DNA of 63,966 nucleotides, counting the filler, from Octopus bimaculoides (taxonomy: Eukaryota), in NCBI RefSeq assembly GCF_001194135.2. It is 8 parts of 8 records of this genome, joined end to end, with 100 filler letters (N's around TTAATTAATTAA, not from the genome) between each part and the next. Parts side by side here need not be neighbours in the genome. Positions count along the whole stretch, not along the records: positions 56,328 to 62,161 come from NC_068988.1; positions 62,262 to 63,966 come from NW_026335522.1; 6 more parts are not named here. One strand, written 5' to 3'. Under the pieces are notes generated by a model. That model ran no database searches, was not told where the DNA came from, and worked only from the letters and a program-made list of their open reading frames with translations. Below, piece after piece: positions 59,647 to 63,966 of the stretch. The first letter of the stretch is position 1, and every line of letters starts with the position of its first letter. The position numbers and the translations under genes were made by a program.

Positions 59647-62205
59647 GACCATGCAACAGGTTGTATTGGATTCCATGTTACCAGTAGCACTTGTGAGAGC
59701 GTCATAAGGACCTGACATAGATACATACACACAAACATATGTACACATCCAGAAAGATACCCGTACATNNNNNNNNNNNNNNNNNNNNNNNNNNNNNNNN
59801 NNNNNNNNNNNNNNNNNNNNNNNNNNNNNNNNNNNNNNNNNNNNNNNNNNNNNNNNNNNTATATATACATAGATAGATATGTGTGTGTGGTGCGTGTGAG
59901 TTTGTATTTGTGTCTTTGTGTGTAAGTGAGTGAGTGTAATTATGAAACGGTTGTTCTCATGACTCTCCCAACCTGTGACCAAGCAGTACATTCGAGGTAA
60001 GCCAGTTGAAAGGAGAGATAAAGCAGTGCTCAGCTGGTACTCATAGCTGTGTAGACTGGAAAAACATATGAAAAGGTGCCCTACTCAAGGTGCATGTTCT
60101 TGTGTCTATGTGTACATATACATCGGGGGAGAAATTCCGTCTACTGTTGTCTGTTCCCTGGTAAAACTACTACTATTGATTTTCAAAACTATCGCAATTA
60201 TTTTCTCTTCACAGAAAGGAGTGCACTTTTAAAAGAAGAAGCTACCTGGAGGCATTTCAAAGCATTCACTAAATTATTAAGCAATTTCTTATTGACCAAG
60301 CTTCTCACAAGATTTATATTTCAATTATTTCTTCTGTGATTCTTTAATATTAGTATTTAATTTGACGTATATATCAAGTTTAAACTCAAAATTATCAAAG
60401 TCATATTATTGTTCTGGATAACGTAACAGTACAGAACAAAAGCAATTTTGTTATTCAATATACTTATAATAATATGGTGTTAAAAGCCAGACGACACACG
60501 TCTTCGCTCTACAATAATGCAGAACACAGAAGCGAGTATTGAATAATACAAATTTGTACTGAATTGTATTCAGACTTACAGTAAGCAAATACTTTGATGT
60601 CAAAAGGTAGATAAGATGATCGATATAATCGCGCGTTCATTAACGTTTTAACTCGTAATACAACAGAATCAAAATAAGCATACGACATGTGATAAATATT
60701 AAAGGCCCAATAACACGAAGATTAATAACATCAAAGTTCTAATGCAGTCGTTGAAAATTGTACAATAACAAATATTATTTGCGTTTATTTTTAATTTACG
60801 TGCCGTATTTAATTTTTCGTTTGTTAAAAGTGGTGAAAAGTTTGTAATAAATGTTACTGTGGTATGTGCAGCGAATCTTATAATATTGTTTGTTTGCAAT
60901 TGAAAACTTGAAGTCAGTAGTTAGTTGAAATATTTTACTTTTCTGTGGTTGCTACTTCTTTGCACTACGACAAAAGTGATGTTGAACTGGTACACGTAAC
61001 TTCTGAAGTATTTACAAGGAATATGGTAAAAGGATTTGAGAGATCTTGTCTTGCGCTTTGCGTTCTGAATGCAACGCCTTCGGCGGCCCTGATACCGAAC
61101 TTCGTCATCCGAAATCTGCAGCCTTTCTCGTGGTTTCGTGGATCTGAGAGGCTTGCATGTGCAGGTCATACCAGTTTTCCCAAGAAAAATCTTGCCTAGA
61201 CCGCCGCTTAATAACGTTGATGCACGGTTAATATCCACCGATAGAGATTTTGTGTTTGGCGACTTCAATGCGAACAGATGCTTTCGAAACCGTAATCTTT
61301 GGATTTTTAAACACCCTGCGCCCATCTGTACCTAAATCCCTATCAATATTCGATCAGGTTTCCTGCTGTCTTTCTCACCTCCATATCTTTCCCTTGTGGA
61401 TGGATGTCCGTTTCCGAATCCAAAAGAAACAAACCTGAATGATCATCTCTCTCTACAAGCAAATGGGAGAGATATCATACGTAAATTCTTAAATTACCAT
61501 GGAAGTTGTATTAGAATATTTTAAGAAACAAAAAATATTTGTAAGCTAGAATCTCAATATGGAAGTGACGCGAGTTGTGAAAATGCTTTTATACTCACAA
61601 GTTAAGCAGTTCGTATTGTAAGAATTCTAAGAGTAATACAATATTCAAAATGATGTCTTTAAAATAAATATTGAACATGCGTTTCTTTAATAGACATATT
61701 ATACGTTTATACAATAAACATCCATCATTTCCTGGGCAATTCAACTGCAAGTAAATGTTTAATACGAAGCGAGATGTAGATAGCATTTATTACACGCTAA
61801 GGAATATACATTATATCGCCAGTACGCATACGCATGCACACACACAGGCATACACGCATATACACATACACAAATGCACACGCATACACACACACACACA
61901 CACATACACCACATACACTGTCTCTCTCTAACAAACGCACGCACAAACTAAACGACAATGATAGAACGAACGATAATACGAACAATGGATTTTTATAATG
62001 AGAAAATGAAATATTTTTCTTCACTTTAAGCATTTGTTCAGATATGAAATTGCTGAAGTAATGATGGATATTTATTATATAAACGTATAAGTCCATTATG
62101 GAACAGTTATTTAACTAAATATTTAAAGACACACTCTCTCTCTCTCTCTCTCTCTCTCTCTNNNNNNNNNNNNNNNNNNNNNNNNNNNNNNNNNNNNNNN
62201 NNNNN

Positions 62206-62217
62206 TTAATTAATTAA
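62206..62217. other. Artificial scaffold linker TTAATTAATTAA
   Basis: Embedded in N runs. Confidence 0.9.
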
Positions 62218-62700
62218 NNNNNNNNNNNNNNNNNNNNNNNNNNNNNNNNNNNNNNNNNNNNAAAAGAGAGTAAATATCTTTCTGTGGTGAATGTCGGGTG
62301 TAAGCTAGCACTGCTACTCATCTTTTTTTCCCTCAAACAAAACTCCATCTGATTCCTATTAAAGATTACGATTTTTGCTAAAAGAAACAAAAAAAGAAAG
62401 AAACAAAAAAACACGTTTTCAAAATTTTAATTTCTTCACTCCCCACCCCAACTTTTTTTACTTTTCACTTTCTTCCAAAATTTTTTTTTTTTTTTAAATC
62501 CATGCGAGAAAATACGAAAATGAATCGGGAAAAAAATATTTTTACATATTAGATTTTTTTACAAAGGTTCCTGTGTTACCCCTTCCCACCCCTTCGTGCT
62601 TGCCAGAAGCGCAAAACTCCGTACGTTTTAAGCAGACGAAAGAAATATCAAGCCCTCGTTAGAAAACTCTATATGCTAGAAATAACAGCTAAAAGTTGAA

Positions 62701-62813
62701 TTCGATGCCAAAGTTTGGGACAATTCCTTCGAGGATCTTCCAGATGTATAAGATATGCCATAATATATATCTGGAAGATCCTCGAAGGAATTGTCCCAAA
62801 CTTTGGCATCGAA
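62701..62813. repeat. 50-bp inverted repeat (49/50) with 13-nt loop at the LINE 5' truncation
   Basis: 62701-62750 is the reverse complement of 62764-62813 with one mismatch. Confidence 0.92.
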
Positions 62814-63086
62814 AGTTACACAAATAAAAGAACTGGACGCCATTGCATAGTGCCAAGGACTCCAAATTTGCCATCAAGATGTAGCACAAGATACTGCAAT
62901 AGCCTGGGCTTCAAAGGTCCACAGCTCTTCAATATCCTCCCGAAGGACCTGAGAGACCTGCATGTGGTGGATGTAGGTGTCTTCAAAATAAAGCTGGACC
63001 TCTTCCTGTCAGGTGTCCCAGATGAACCAACTTCATGGCAGGAGGTGCAGATGAGAGCAGCTGCATCAAACTCTCTCATGCACCAA
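62751..63086 (+). pseudogene. CR1-group LINE ORF2 C-terminal fragment, 5' truncated
   Basis: RYAIIYIWKILEGIVPNFGIESYTNKRTGRHCIVP...YCNSLGFKGPQLFNILPKDLRDL...FKIKLDLFLSGVPDEP; runs into an N gap. Confidence 0.85.
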
Positions 63087-63770
63087 NNNNNNNNNNNNNN
63101 NNNNNNNNNNNNNNNNNNNNNNNNNNNNNNNNNNNNNNNNNNNNNNNNNNNNNNNNNNNNNNNNNNNNNNNNNNNNNNNNNNNNNNNNNNNNNNNNNNNN
63201 NNNNNNNNNNNNNNNNNNNNNNNNNNNNNNNNNNNNNNNNNNNNNNNNNNNNNNNNNNNNNNNNNNNNNNNNNNNNNNNNNNNNNNNNNNNNNNNNNNNN
63301 NNNNNNNNNNNNNNNNNNNNNNNNNNNNNNNNNNNNNNNNNNNNNNNNNNNNNNNNNNNNNNNNNNNNNNNNNNNNNNNNNNNNNNNNNNNNNNNNNNNN
63401 NNNNNNNNNNNNNNNNNNNNNNNNNNNNNNNNNNNNNNNNNNNNNNNNNNNNNNNNNNNNNNNNNNNNNNNNNNNNNNNNNNNNNNNNNNNNNNNNNNNN
63501 NNNNNNNNNNNNNNNNNNNNNNNNNNNNNNNNNNNNNNNNNNNNNNNNNNNNNNNNNNNNNNNNNNNNNNNNNNNNNNNNNNNNNNNNNNNNNNNNNNNN
63601 NNNNNNNNNNNNNNNNNNNNNNNNNNNNNNNNNNNNNNNNNNNNNNNNNNNNNNNNNNNNNNNNNNNNNNNNNNNNNNNNNNNNNNNNNNNNNNNNNNNN
63701 NNNNNNNNNNNNNNNNNNNNNNNNNNNNNNNNNNNNNNNNNNNNNNNNNNNNNNNNNNNNNNNNNNNNNN

Positions 63771-63885
63771 ATTTTATCGACCCTGAAAGGATGAAAAGCA
63801 AAATCGACCTCAGCGGAATTTGAGCTAAAAGCATATTGACCGTCAAAATGCAGCTAAGAGCTTTATGAAGCTTGCTAACGATTTC
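63771..63885 (-). mobile_element. SINE family B fragment
   Basis: ttttatcgaccctgaaaggatgaaaagcaaaatcgacctcagcggaatttgagct. Confidence 0.75.
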
Positions 63886-63966
63886 CTGTAAGTAAATATT
63901 AAAAGTTTCTTATATTAGTCATGTTCTGGCAGTTAACTTTCGATTTCTAAAATACTTTTCAGATCA

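Overview
Eukaryotic, AT-rich, gap-ridden scaffold segment. It is most likely from a coleoid cephalopod (Octopus-type); this is inferred from the SINE families, microsatellite load and LINE types, not from a database hit. I can support no intact host gene exon, rRNA, tRNA gene or CRISPR array, so the window reads as intergenic or deep intronic. Most of the supplied ORFs are artefacts of microsatellites and N runs. Content: many copies of at least four tRNA-headed SINE families (my labels A, B, C and a CORE-like family); decayed autonomous elements (mariner transposase end, Helitron Rep, Penelope-like GIY-YIG and pLTR pieces, an RTE/BovB-like LINE, two CR1-group LINE 3' ends, a probable L1/Tx1 remnant); a ~120-bp satellite built from a retroposon tail; minisatellites; microsatellites; and seven artificial 6-frame-stop linkers. 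Best leads: (1) hammerhead core motifs in a non-circularly permuted order inside a Penelope-like pLTR (51015-51076), with a second similar arrangement at 16875-16930; (2) an RTE LINE ending in three C2H2 zinc fingers; (3) a short-TIR, 8-bp-TSD MITE dimer carrying telomeric repeats, nested in the satellite; (4) a snap-back inverted duplication at the 5' end of a truncated CR1-group LINE. Repeat boundaries were read by eye and are approximate unless stated.
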